Source: Massalongia carnosa (taxonomy: Eukaryota). Taken from it: a stretch of 64,000 bases of DNA. The stretch is from the NCBI GenBank assembly GCA_965645245.1, contig OZ287083.1, positions 434,001 to 498,000 on the forward strand, read 5' to 3'. Under the pieces are notes generated by a model. That model did not search any database. It was not told the DNA's origin and saw only the letters and a list, made by a program, of their open reading frames with translations. Both the position numbers and the translations under genes were made by a program. The stretch's first letter is position 1. Each line of letters starts with the position of its first letter. Shown piece after piece: positions 24,101 through 36,666 of the stretch.

Positions 24101-27100
24101 CTAATTTCATGCCAATGAGGGGAGTGACACTAGATGTGAGAAAGCTTCATAGTCATGGTTTTGCTCCACAGTGTGTTGGTCTTCTATGAGAGCCAAAAAT
24201 GTCCGGTGAATTTAGGTTTGCCAGCGAAGAGTGCGATCCGTGGTTATTTGGGCGTAGTTGCGAGAACATGAGGACAGTGCTGCTGACTTGGATATCATAA
24301 TCCTATGTATTTCTGATGTGACACATCTAATGCTAGTATTAGCCATCGGAGGCATGAGGCTTTCCCCACCACATTGTTTCTTAGCCTTCGTTTGTGGGAA
24401 GGGAACGTATCATCCCCCACTTTTCGGGGTTTTTCTGACGCAGGGAAAGTACAAAATCCTCGAAAGTTTCGAAAAACATCAAAAGGTACATAGGAAATAA
24501 GACGATATTGCCTGTTTAGCTTACGAATAATGCTAAGTCTAGGTGAAAAGGGGGGGGGCGAGTGGCGAGATGAGGTTCCACTAAAATGATTGTTCATGAA
24601 TGAACATCCCACGTCCAGGGCTGCTTCATCTAGGACTGCTAAGGCCGGTTATGTTGGCACCGAGAAACATCCCATCGATGGTTTGCTCCCATGGATTAAG
24701 GAACCAACATTAACAACGATAGCCACAAGCACGACGGGTTACCATTCATGCTCGGCGTATACCAGTTTTATTTCTTCGGAACAGCGGCAATGCGAGTTTC
24801 TATGTGTCAACCCTCTACTATTCGTGATGATGACGGGCATACCTAGTCAAGGCGAGGCTTGAAACGCGTGGTCGTGAGGCAGAGCTTTGTTACCATGTTC
24901 GGGCATAGTTCATCTAATAGCAGTCGTAAATGGCCAACCACCGTATCCCGAACCATTGCCGGAAGAATGTCAAACAGCAATCGATATTGCTGGATGGTAA
25001 CCGATATTCGGAGCGGTAAGAATAGTCGTGCATATCGGATTTGATGCGTTTGTAGGTACATAGTCGCGATCATCAATTAATTACCTACGTACACAAATCA
25101 GGTAGGTAGTGCTCGTATTGATTTCGCCCCTGATTTCAGTAAGCTTGGCGCAGCTTGTTATGATTGTTTAGATGTACCTGTGTATTTAATGCTAATGGTT
25201 TCATGCATAGGTAATCTGACCATGTTTCTCCGGATCGTTGTCAGCCACTCGGACTCTTCCTCCCAATGTCACAATCGGATTAAATGCAGGGAAAGATCTC
25301 GCTTTTCACTTATCCCTAGGTTTTGTCTATGTGTAAGGTGCATTTTGAGTGCCGATGAGGCGTTTTTATCCCTGACACAGACATGATGGGCTAGGCATAA
25401 CAAGGCAGGTAACCCGAAGCATTCGCAACATGAGGCTGCTAGAGTAGGGTGAGCTCCCACTCTTTAGCTGACATGCCCATGAGCCGGGGAAATCGTTGCC
25501 TTTACGAAAGGGTGAAAGATATAAACGTGTGACGAAATCTAGCTATGTGCTCTCTGACTTTACACGATGCTTAATTGCCCGCTCGATGACCAAGTATCAC
25601 CAAGTACCACCAATTACGCAACTCATCTTGCATATGGACCAAAACCCGTCAATTCGTGGGTAAAACAACAAGGGAAAGTCAAAATCAATGAGCTGCGACT
25701 TCAACTCCTTTCTATTCATGATCCTCGGCCCTTTTGTAGCCCTGAATCAGCTCTTTCTTGATTATGTGGGTGCATATTTACACTGCCCATTAAAGCAGCT
25801 CATCTAAGGAATATGGAGCAAGAAGAAACAATAGCCTCCTTAGCCTGCTGGGCACGCTTTGTGTTTCCCTCAGGGCAGACATGCCAGACGGAACATTATG
25901 TTTTCCTACAAACTGAATATCTCTGACTTCTGAGGTTTTGTGGGTCGACTTCCACGCTGGCACAGTTGTCCGCCAACATCCCATAAGGAAAATCAAATCA
26001 CTCGAGGTGGCCACCAGAGCCATAAAGAATTGAAATATAAAACCTGTTCACTTACGAATGGCTTTACTCACTAGGGTGAATTCATGATTTGCGGAGTAAT
26101 CGCGGTGAACCTCGCAAGTATGATTCGCTCATTATCAGAGAAACTCCTCAGGCTTGAAACCATAATTATGGTTGTCATAAAACGCCCACTCGCTTCTCTT
26201 TCGGTTCTTCGGCTTTCCAAGAACTTCAGGGTTTCAATGATTTGCTCATGGACCGTTTTACTATCTCAGTTGCTCAAGCCGCCACCGCCTCTCCAGAGAA
26301 ACACCGACACCACGTACTAATAACGACTAATTGAGGGGCTTATGTGCCGGTGTGTGTACGGCGAAGGCTATGCAAACTGGTCCATTCTCGCAATAGTTTG
26401 TAGATACGGTTCCAAGAATCTGCCAGTCATCTAAGTCACCTCATCAATGCAATGTGCTAAGCTTGTTCAGGCGGAAAGTAATAGACTTACGAGCTAGAAC
26501 AGTATTACTTAGCGTGTGCGTTATGCTGTAGTTGTGTTCAGTGACCGATAAGAGAGTATAAATAAGTAAGGTGAAATAGAAACGAGTAACAGAGGCTCAC
26601 AAGGACGTGATGCCATGAGAGCAACGTATTAAAACTATTTGTGACGAAACAGTATACATTACTTTACCATACTCTACCGTACCTCCCATTGCTTGAGAAT
26701 GGAGTACTATGCAAAGGCAGACATGAAAATAGGAAAGAACAGAGCATATCTATACCTAGCAACCAGCGCATGAAAGAGAGTAGAATGCACGGTTAAAAAG
26801 CTCCCACGTGCCTTTGTTGCCGGTCCGACCTACCCACCACCGCCAAATGGTAAGCCAGTCAAAGCTGATGGCAAGACCACTATGCGAATCTCCTTCATAC
26901 AGGCGAGTCTCGTCTCAGCATTCGGTTTAATGTCGATCTCCGGCTGATATCGTGTGCTTAATAGATCTATAAGCCGTTGGCCAGTGAAAATGCCTATCTC
27001 GCCGTGTCAGGAGGCCGGGGCATCGTCGACTCTTGCAACACCCGATGAAACAATTATATACTAACCTAACTCGGATCCCGTTAGGTGCGTCATAATGGGA

Positions 27101-27448
27101 TGCCCAATGCGTAAATGTCCCAAAAGTTCCGCAAGGAGTTTCGTGTTAAGTTCCACCGTTCAATTGACTTTAGATATGCCAATAGCATAGAAAGCCGATG
27201 GGCAGCTGATCTCCTTTCCGTGGATTATATATTCCAGACCCACCCCTTGTAATTCTTCAAGTTTCCTGCATCTTCAGTTAATTATGTGATCTTGTTGACT
27301 CATCTAACTCTATTTGCTATCCTCGACAGATTCTAGCCCTAGACTGTGCTATTGGACTTTAGCTCTATCGCTGACACTGCCAGATCAGTTGCAGCCACCT
27401 AGAGTCCTTTTAAGAGAAGCGAGAAGTGTAGTTCATAGGAGTATAGGC

Positions 27449-28936
27449 ATGATCCAAAGATTTGATCACTTGGGTCGAATGTTGATAGTCTCGGCCCTGG
27501 CAGCCGCGTTCATGGCTCTTCTAGCTACAAATCCCGCAAACGCAGAATGCGGAGTGCTTGATAGTTCTTTACAAGACCCTGGCAGCCACTTAGTCCTCAA
27601 TCCAGGGGAGGAAGTCACTTCTTGTAACGGAAATCTCGTTCTAACCTTCGAGGGCAGCAATGTGGTGCTGAAACACATACCTAGTTCTCAGGTAATCTGG
27701 CAAGCTCCTTCAAACAAGGGAACAGCGTACGCTTTCTATAGCCCCGATACAATGGGTCTAGACGCGAACCTGGCATCCACATCCGCCTCTGACAGTTCAG
27801 ATCTTGCATCCCCCTCATCTCTTAGCAGTTCGGGCACGGAGACTGATGTAGCGGTCCCCTCCACACCTACCAGCCCAGAAACAATTGCGAACGTACCATC
27901 AACCTTCAACACAGGTGACCCGAACCTAGATGCGAATACGGCACCACTACCTGCTTCGGGCTCGAACACATTCTCAGCAGGGGGAGTGCTTGATTCCCCT
28001 AGTCAATCGAGCCTGTTCGCAGCCTCTGCGTCAGCCTCTACTCCCGATAACTCAGTTTTCAATCCAGATTCATCATTCCTCAACCCACCCGCGGGCTCAT
28101 ATTTTCAGAAACGTTCCGACCTGAGAAAAAAATACTACTCCGGCGCCCTATCGACTTCGCGCCTTCTCGTACAAGATAATGGTAACCTGGTGCTGTCTCC
28201 TGACGGTGGACTAACCGTTCAATGGGCCTCAAACACGCAGGGAACCGACTGCACCCAGGCTTTCTTCACCGACACAGTCAAAGAGACCTTGGCCTCACGA
28301 GCAGAAAAGGCAGATTCCCAAGCGGCTTCACTGATCCGGGAAGCCCCTTGCGGGTTACTAAACGTCGAAGTCGAGCAAAGCGACCCCCAAGAATTCGAAG
28401 ACCCTGAGTACCTCCCGCCAAGTCAAGAGCTCATCGCAAGCCTGGATCCCACGGCTAGCCAGGATCCTTCGGCCCTGAATCGTCGCGTGGAACTAAAGCG
28501 CCGTTCCATCATCAATGAGTACAAGTTCGCTCTCGGCTTTACCCCAAAAACAGGCACTACGAAACTCCTGGTGGGATCGGCACGCCTTAAAAAGACTTGG
28601 TTTTACGACGGCAAAGTCGTGAGTAATGCGGCTGGTGCTGATCCGGACAGAGCATCTATTGACGGCGACAACGCCCTCTGGGCGGGTTTCGTTGGTTTTC
28701 AATGGCAGTTTGCGGCAGGTGATTCGAATTACGATGGCTTCTTCCCGTACAAGCATGAAGGAAAAGGTTCAACTATCAGCAGTCGGCGAGCCAAGCTATT
28801 ATTTGAAAATGTCCTAGGCCAGCCGGTTATTGCCTTCAGAGTGCTATGGCAAGAAACACTATGGGTCCAAGGCTTCGCCGACGGCAAAAGAACATGCCGA
28901 GGAGGCACCCATTGTGGGTTTGCACCTGGTCCCTAA
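27449..28936 (+). CDS. Intronless secreted protein (495 aa): signal peptide, interrupted bulb-type (GNA-like) lectin module, dibasic processing sites, unknown C-terminal domain
   Basis: ATG 27449 and hydrophobic leader ending ANA|EC. B-lectin-like segments LNPGEEVTSCNGNLVL...VIWQA and RLLVQDNGNLVL...VQWASNTQG are separated by a Ser/Thr/Pro/Asp-rich spacer. KR at 28109-28114 and KRR at 28496-28504. Confidence 0.8.
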   Translation: MIQRFDHLGRMLIVSALAAAFMALLATNPANAECGVLDSSLQDPGSHLVLNPGEEVTSCNGNLVLTFEGSNVVLKHIPSSQVIWQAPSNKGTAYAFYSPDTMGLDANLASTSASDSSDLASPSSLSSSGTETDVAVPSTPTSPETIANVPSTFNTGDPNLDANTAPLPASGSNTFSAGGVLDSPSQSSLFAASASASTPDNSVFNPDSSFLNPPAGSYFQKRSDLRKKYYSGALSTSRLLVQDNGNLVLSPDGGLTVQWASNTQGTDCTQAFFTDTVKETLASRAEKADSQAASLIREAPCGLLNVEVEQSDPQEFEDPEYLPPSQELIASLDPTASQDPSALNRRVELKRRSIINEYKFALGFTPKTGTTKLLVGSARLKKTWFYDGKVVSNAAGADPDRASIDGDNALWAGFVGFQWQFAAGDSNYDGFFPYKHEGKGSTISSRRAKLLFENVLGQPVIAFRVLWQETLWVQGFADGKRTCRGGTHCGFAPGP

Positions 28937-29378
28937 GACTGACCTGAAGATGGTCGATAAGGGTGCCGTCAAAGCTCGGTCAGGTTCATACGCTGTCTAA
29001 GGGCGTATTCTAATGTAAGTATAGCGAAGCGAAAGAACGAATGATGATGGATGATATGGACCAGCGAGGAGTTATTCGATGTATCAAAGCGAGCCTGTTA
29101 TATCCTCCTCAGGCTTTATACCAACCATCCAATAATGAGTATCATTGTACATACATAAAGCTTTGTACAGACCAATCTATTAAACTTTGCCATGCTTTCA
29201 TATAATGTCTCCTTAGCCCAGTCAGTCTTTATGGTTGTTCTGTGAGCCACGCAACGGTACTAGACCCGAGAAACAGATACTTAATACTGGTCCTGCCCCC
29301 TCGCTCACCGGAAATTCGATTTATTTATCTGTCTTTATAACTTCATGAATGATCCGCCGAAATAAACTTGTCGCGAAA

Positions 29379-30865
29379 ATGACTACACTCGAACAAACAA
29401 ACGCGCTCTCGAGAGCGCACAGCGAAAGGAGGGAATTTTTACACGTAAAGATCAAGGAGTATCTTGATCGAGTGGGCACCGTTGGTGACCCGGAGGCGTT
29501 GCAGTTGCTGAGAAACTCAGCGGAAATTTTGCAAGCGCAAAATCTAGTCGATGACAAAGTTGCAGAAACTCCCAACAACATAGGTGACACATTACAGGCA
29601 ATCCAACAATCATTGACACGCATAGAGCGCAATGAGACCACTCCTCGCAGCTATGCCGCTGCTGCCACAAGGCAAGGCCGAGATGAGCCCGCACCCCCAA
29701 AGAACCAAAACGTCAAGCCTCAACAGGCCCGCAAAGACAAAGCACCCACACCAAGAGAAGCGCGACGTGCCCGGGAAATCACCGTTCACATCACGGAGGA
29801 TGCGGACAAGGAAAAAATGAAGCTAATGCCAACCAAGGAGTTAGTAGAAACACTACAAAATGGAGCTGAAGGAATAAGGGGAGTGTCGCGTTTGTTAAAC
29901 GGCGACATCAGGATTCACGCAGAGTCATTGGAAGCAAAGAAGACCCTGCAGGAGAAGACCGATTGGACCCGCATGGTGGCCGCCTCAGCTGCGGTGCACA
30001 CCCGCACCTTCACCGTAAGAGCGAATGGAATCAGGGTGGAAAACATCAAAGTGGCCAATCAATCAACAGCCATCACCTACCTTCAGGCCGCTAACGCACG
30101 CCTGCACCCTAACCTGAAGATCGTCAAAGTAGCCTGGTCAATCAAGGCCATTAGAGAGAAAAAAGCGTACTCGACGCTTCATATAGAGGTCGCCACCGCC
30201 GAGATGGCTAACCGGCTCATCACCGAGGGCCTAATGGAAAGCTACGAAATAAAGGACTGCGAGCGCTTCACACGTGGTTGCACCATGACTCAATGCTTCA
30301 ACTGCCAAAAATACGGACACATCGGTAGAGCATGCCGCAATCCCGCCGCCTGTGGTCACTGCGCCGGTGGACATCAAAGCAAAGAATGCAATCTGGAGAC
30401 AACGGGGCAATACCGCCGTTGCGCCGTATGCGGAGAGAAGGGACACGAGGCATGGTCCACAGCATGCAAAGTCAGATTAGCTGAAAAGCGAAAAACTGAA
30501 ATAGCAATGCAAAACCGCGCCCCCCTCTATGCAATTGAATCACAGCCGCCCTCATTCAATTTCAACTTCAACGAGAGTCGACACCCACAGTCACACAAAC
30601 GGACGAAATTCCGTCAACGTGGAAGATAGTAAACGGCAAGAAAAGAAAAATACACAACGCTACGCCCTCATCCGGCACACCCCCGGGCCCTCATCGGGGA
30701 GACGACGCACCTACCTGGGCTAATATAGGCATCATGAATCCTGAAAATATGGTAAAGGCCTTAGCAAAACCAGTGCTGGGTAGGCCTCGTGCAGATTCCG
30801 TAGCATTAACGGCAGGAACTCAGGTCACATCGAACACAGCGGCCGAAACGATGGAAATCCTATGA
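29379..30865 (+). pseudogene. LINE ORF1 (gag-like, zinc knuckles), one frameshift near 30560-30610
   Basis: QCFNCQKYGHIGRAC, CGHCAGGHQSKEC and CAVCGEKGHEAWSTAC knuckles. The main frame stops at 30629, but an open shifted frame (STWKIVNGKKRK...ETMEIL*) runs to TGA 30863-30865. Confidence 0.85.
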
Positions 30866-33800
30866 GGGACACAAAATCCCTCTCTATATTGCAGTATAAT
30901 GTCAGAAATGACAGAGTGAGTACTATGATACCCCTCTTAGCAGACACAAACACCCAGGACTATGATATTATTGCAATACAGGAACCGTGGCGCAATCCAT
31001 CCGCCCCCACATCGCTTAGTTCTCATCAAAGCGGCTTTCACCTCCTATACCGCCCAGGAGGTGACACCAGAGTGTGCTTTTATGTCAACGACCTAATAGA
31101 CACTGACAGCTGGGAGGTGGAATTCACCTCGGCCGACATGTGCACTTTGAAAATAAAGACCTACACCGAAGGCGTTATGGAAACAATTCACGTCCATAAT
31201 GTGTATAACCCCTCTCCCGCTTCCTATTCATCCACTGACAGTCACACGACCTTACCGGCGGCTCGGAGCATGCTTACCGCCGATGCGCATCACATACTAC
31301 TTGGAGATTTCAACCTGCATCATCCCTTTTGGAATGGTCCCTCAAGACCCACACAACACGCTGCTGCTGATCAATTACTGGAAATAATCGATGATCATAA
31401 TCTTTCGTTGACACTGCCGAAAGGCACCGTAACATGGGAAGCAAGAAACACGTCTAGCACGATAGATTTGGTTTTCATGTCAGAATACCTAGTCGAAAGA
31501 CTCGAACACTGCATGTCCAGACCAGAATTGAATCAATCGTCCGATCACGTGCCGATATCAACCCGCATCCTACTCGGAAGCGAGCCGCAACCGAAAATCA
31601 AACGCAGAGCATGGAAACTTCTAAACCTGGAAAAATTAAGGGAGGCCGAACGACACGCCCCTATACCGGAGTCTCCCCGTACCACTGCCGAGATTGATGC
31701 GTACACGGAATTGATTCAAAAATTTCTACAAAATGTCATCAACGAAGCAGTTCCATGGGCAAAATCTAGCGAATATGCTAAGCCATTCTGGACAGAAGAA
31801 TGCAGCATTGCCACCAAAGCCACACGGAAACTACGCCGCATATGGTCCAGCACGTTAGACCTAACGGACTGGTCTAACTATATGAAATCCAATGATAAAA
31901 AACAGAAAATCATTCAAAAGGCAAAGAGAACAAACTTTCGTCAAGAAATCAATAAGGCCACCGAAACGCCTCAGGGACTATGGCGGCTAGCGAAATGGGC
32001 CAAAGACAAAAGTCATCAATCTAGAGAAGTATCCAAAATGCCGATGCTAAAATTCAATGACCAAGTAGCAGACACGTTTGACCAAAAAGCCGAAATGCTG
32101 AAAGGTGTCTTCTTTCCCGCACCACCACCGGCCGACGACCTAAGCGACATAGAAGGATCCTTCTATCCTACATCGCCGCACTGCCCAATAATCATCACCA
32201 AGTCAGAAGTATCGACGGCCCTGAGTCGGCTCAAGTCCGATAAGGCACCGGGCCCAGACGGCATATCTAACAGAATACTCAAAGCATGCAGCGAAATACT
32301 TGTCGAACTACTAACACCTCTGTTTCAGGCGTGCGTCACACACTCGTACCACCCGCGGGCCTTCAAAATGGCAAACACAATAGCGCTGAAAAAAATAGGC
32401 AAAGGAGACTATACCACGCCGAAAGCCTACCGACCAATTGCACTGCTCAACACGCTCAGTAAAGTTATGGAATCCATCATTGGATCGAAAATAACCTATC
32501 TGGCGGAAAAACACCGGCTCCTACCCGATACACAGATGGGAGCAAGGAAGGGCAGATCCACAGAGTCAGCACTGGAACTGCTAACTGAACAGGTTCACAC
32601 GATTTGGGGACAGGGAAAAGACAAAGTAGCCACACTGCTAAGCATGGACGTCGCCGGCGCGTTCGATACGGTATCACATCAACGACTAACCCAACAACCT
32701 ACGGAAAAGAAAAATTCCAAAATGGATCACCGACTGGTTAAACAGCTTTCTGAGCGATCGAAGCACCACTTTAGCAATAAATCGAAAAGTCACTGGGCGG
32801 TTTGCGGTAAGAACGGGTATCCCACAGGGCTCTCCCCTGTCATCCATTCTTTACCTATTTTACAATGCAGATCTATTGGAAATATGTGATCGACCAGGCA
32901 AAAACACAAATGCCATAGGATTCGTAGACGACGCAAACATTTTGGCATATGGAAAAAGCACCGAGGAAAACTGCAAAACTCTAGAGGCAATACACAGACA
33001 ATGTGAGACGTGGGCTTCCCGGCACGGGTCCGTATTCGCTCCGACGAAGTACGAACTCATACACTTGTCCAGAAATCCCAAAAGATTCAACATGACTGCA
33101 TCCATCAATATTGCTAGCACCGAAATTGAACCTAAAACGGACATCAGAGTATTGGGCCTACAAATCGACACCAAATTGAAATGGGGACCGCACGTTCGCA
33201 AAACGCAAGAGAAAATGGTCAAACAATCCATGGCATTGACAAAAATTTCCACATCAACCTGGGGTGCCACCTTCGCCAAGGCAAGGCAGGTTTACAGTGC
33301 CGTGGTGCGTCCGGCCATGACATATGGGTCAACCGTATGGCACATGCCCAAAGAAGTCAAAAAGTCAAAAACGTCAACGAGCAAGCTCTCCGTCATGCAA
33401 AACAATTGCCTTCGCACCATAGCCGGTGCCTTTAAAGCCACTCCCATCTCAGTACTAGAAGCAGAGACATTCATAGCGCCCATAGACACGCATCTCGACA
33501 TGCTACAAGCACAGGCAAGGCACCGGCTCCGAGCCGGAGGCCAATTGAAGATCATCTCCTCCGCATGCAACAAAATAGCTGACAAACTTCGAGGCAAGGC
33601 AGGTCGCAAACGACTTCAAAAGCCCACCCCGGGAGAGCTGAAACACATCTGGGCCAAAAGCCTACTGATCGACTCAAAAATAGTTCAACCACCAAAGGCA
33701 CACCCACCATGGTTCGAAGTCTACCCGGCGTGGCACCGCGAAGCTACCGTTGCGGCAACGGCCCGACACAAGCAGATGCAAACAATCAAAGCACGACAAA

Positions 33801-34219
33801 TGAAGGTCTAGAACGACTCGTGGTGCGCATATCAAAATCGCGTCATCGAACCCTCCATAGCACAATCAGTCCCACTGAGCAAAAAACGGCTGAAAATACA
33901 CACGCAGCTAAAAAAGGCAGAAAGCGCTCTAACAACTCAAATCCGCACTGGCAAAATCGGGTTAGCTGACTTCCTCTACAAGCGACGGGTGCCCTCCGTC
34001 ACCTCACCGGCCTGCTCATGTGGCTGGCACAGACAAACTCCAGAACATGTAATCATGTTCTGCAGACTTATTGACAATAGAGAACAGATGTTTCGCGCCG
34101 CCGGCACGAGCGACTATCAGCAGCTGACCAAATCATCAAAAACTCTGAAGATACTAACTGCTTGGCTAATGAAAATAGGCTTATTGAATCAATTCTCACT
34201 AGCATCAACATTATTGTAA
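30862..34219 (+). pseudogene. LINE ORF2 (AP-endonuclease + reverse transcriptase + C-terminal CCHC), disrupted
   Basis: ILQYNV, DIIAIQEPW, GDFNLHH, TIDL, SSDH endonuclease motifs. KAPGPDG, YRPIALLN, DVAGAFD, GIPQGSP and FVDD RT motifs. C-terminal CSCG...HVIMFC. A 1-nt insertion near 32692 and an in-frame TAG at 33809-33811 interrupt it. Confidence 0.93.
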
Positions 34220-35449
34220 AATCAACAATAGTTGAACCTTTCTTTCTTTCTTCTCTTTTCACAAGGCATTACAGTTCCCACACGGCTTTTGCACTGCGTC
34301 TCCCGCCCGACGTCGACCCGTAGTCACATCGGACGGGTATCAAGGGACATGGTTTTTACACCTGTGAAAGGTTTTCCATGTAACATAACTTAGATAGCTT
34401 TGCCCGCATGGGCCGGCCTACGGCCGGTGTCATATCGGAGTATGAATACATCATCATCATCATCATAACTTCATGAATATGTTGATTCACGCGTAGGCAT
34501 ATTAGCATGATTGTCATTGAAGGTAATTATTTATGTGGGCTACCTACCTGCTTATATAGCAGTCACACTGTAGGCCTCCCATAGCTGCTTATTAGGCACC
34601 TCTTTAGGTGCCTGGCAGACACCCGTAGGACTCACGATAAATGCCTATATTGATGGTAGCCTCACCATCTAACATAAGTCACATAACCGGAGTATAATGA
34701 ACAAGTGCATGGTTGATTTGATGAGTTTTGGCGTACTGTAGCAGAGAACTCAACAGCCCGATAAACCCGTCCTTTCAGATGACAGGAAAAGCGATCACCT
34801 TCTGATATCTCAGTACGGAGTAGACGAGACCGTGCCATCTCAGAACTGAGATTTCCGAACCGATTTCAAGTTTTTACGATCGATACAATTCGTAAAAGGT
34901 TGTAAATTTAAAACCACGTATGCAGCACAATATTATCTATTTAATTTAATATTCGCAGCATTGAAATCGAAAAAATGAAAACTTCTCTTAAATTTTCTAT
35001 AACTTACAAAACTTGAGAAATTAGCGTAAAATGTCACACTTGATTACCGGACGATATATTTTATCCTCATGATATCTCCCCGACTAACCACGTTAAGTTG
35101 GCTTATACTTTAGCTACTTCAAGTTAGTCCAACCAGCGTAAATCCACTTTTACTATTTGGTCACTTTCTTCAAATGTTTACATTCTTACTGCTTTATACG
35201 GCGCTTTCAGATGAATATGTTATCTTTTCTTACCAGTATACCGGTGGACTCGAAAATTAGACCATTCTTATTGTGCAGCTACTCAATAAAACCCACGTCT
35301 CGTTGTATGAAGGCATAAAAGGATTTCTTCAACCGCTAACACCTTCAATAATCCTCCGAGAATTTGGACAGAGATTCATCAGCAAGTCGTCCGTCTCATG
35401 CACCGCCATACCACCAAGAGCCTCTCAGCCAGGTTTGATTGTGTCCGTC

Positions 35450-36666
35450 ATGGACTATGATGCTATGGAAGGTTTGGAGGAGGTGGGGCCTCGAGTTACC
35501 GTCCGCGAAGTGAGGTCGCCTACAACAACCCCAAACTCTCCCTTCCTTCTCAGTCTAATGCTTTGACTTTCATCTGTGTAGGCCGCAACTGATCATGTCG
35601 ACTTCACGCTTGGTAATGTAGACCTTGCCTTCGCAAACTCCTTGCGCCGTACAATGCTCGCAGAAATCCCCACTATAGCCATCGACCACGTCGAGGTCGA
35701 AGTCAACACCTCTGTGCTCGCGGACGAATTCATTGCTCACCGCCTGGGCCTGATCCCGCTCAACTCGCGTCAAGTGGAGGACGTACTGTACAGCCGCGAT
35801 TGCGACTGCGAGCTGTACTGCGACAATTGCAGCATCACCCTTACCCTACATGCCCGCTGCACGGGTGACGACGTTATGAAGATCTACGCGCGAGATCTAG
35901 TCATGATGGAACCGCGACCGAACGAGTACGTTGGGGTCCCCGTGATTTCTGACCCGCAAGGGTACGGCAGCGTCATCTGCAAGCTACGGAAGGGCCAGGA
36001 GCTTCGGATCAAATGCGTAGCTAAAAAGGGCATCGCGAAGGAACACGCCAAGTGGGCACCGACGAGCGCCGTCGGGTTTGAGTACGATCCGCACAACAAG
36101 CTCAAGCATTTAGACTACTGGTACGAGGAGGATCCTGCCAAAGAATGGTATGTACCCCTGACCAATCCTCAGAAATTTCTCCCAGTCTCTAATCCCTTCT
36201 CGTTGAAAGGCCTCCCTCTAAAAACGCCACCTGGGAAGAACCCCCCTCCACTACTCTCCCTTTCGCCTACGACGCCTCGCCCTCTCGCTTCTACTTCGAA
36301 GTCGAATCGGTTGGCAATCTTGAGCCTGACGCCGTCGTCCAGCAATCCATCAAAGTCCTGCAGCAAAAACTCGCCGCGGTCATCCGCGACCTCGAAGGTA
36401 TCGGCGGGGATGGTGGCGCCGGCGGCGTCAACGGCGAGCTCACCGAGGCGAATGGCGAAGATGGGTTTGGTGGTGGCGCCGGCGGCAGGGCAGCCGCGGC
36501 GGGAGGATTGGACCCTGGCACTAGCGGTGGGGACGCCGGGTTTGGCGGGGGGGAGGGTTTCGCAACGCCATTTCTCGGGGGCGCCGGCGGGGCGGGGAGC
36601 GTGTGGGGGGGCGGGGCCACACCGTATGGAGCAACACCGTATGGGCAGAATGGGTGGGCGGGCTGA
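35450..36666 (+). CDS. RPB3: RNA polymerase II subunit Rpb3
   Basis: MDYDAM...GPRVTVRE / [23 protein letters not shown]...[19 protein letters not shown]...CKLRKGQEL...[11 protein letters not shown]...YDPHNKL / [11 protein letters not shown]. Two introns and a Gly-rich C-terminal tail. Confidence 0.97.

Larger units (their letters stand above)
29351..34464 (+). mobile_element. Non-LTR retrotransposon (LINE, Tad1-like clade), near full length
   Basis: 14-bp target-site duplication ATAACTTCATGAAT at 29337-29350 and 34465-34478, a (CAT)n 3' tail, gag-like ORF1 and APE-RT ORF2. Confidence 0.96.

Noticed and set aside
27314..27448. Upstream TTG start for the lectin-like ORF in the ORF track
   Set aside because: Eukaryotic gene; the ATG at 27449 directly precedes the signal peptide.
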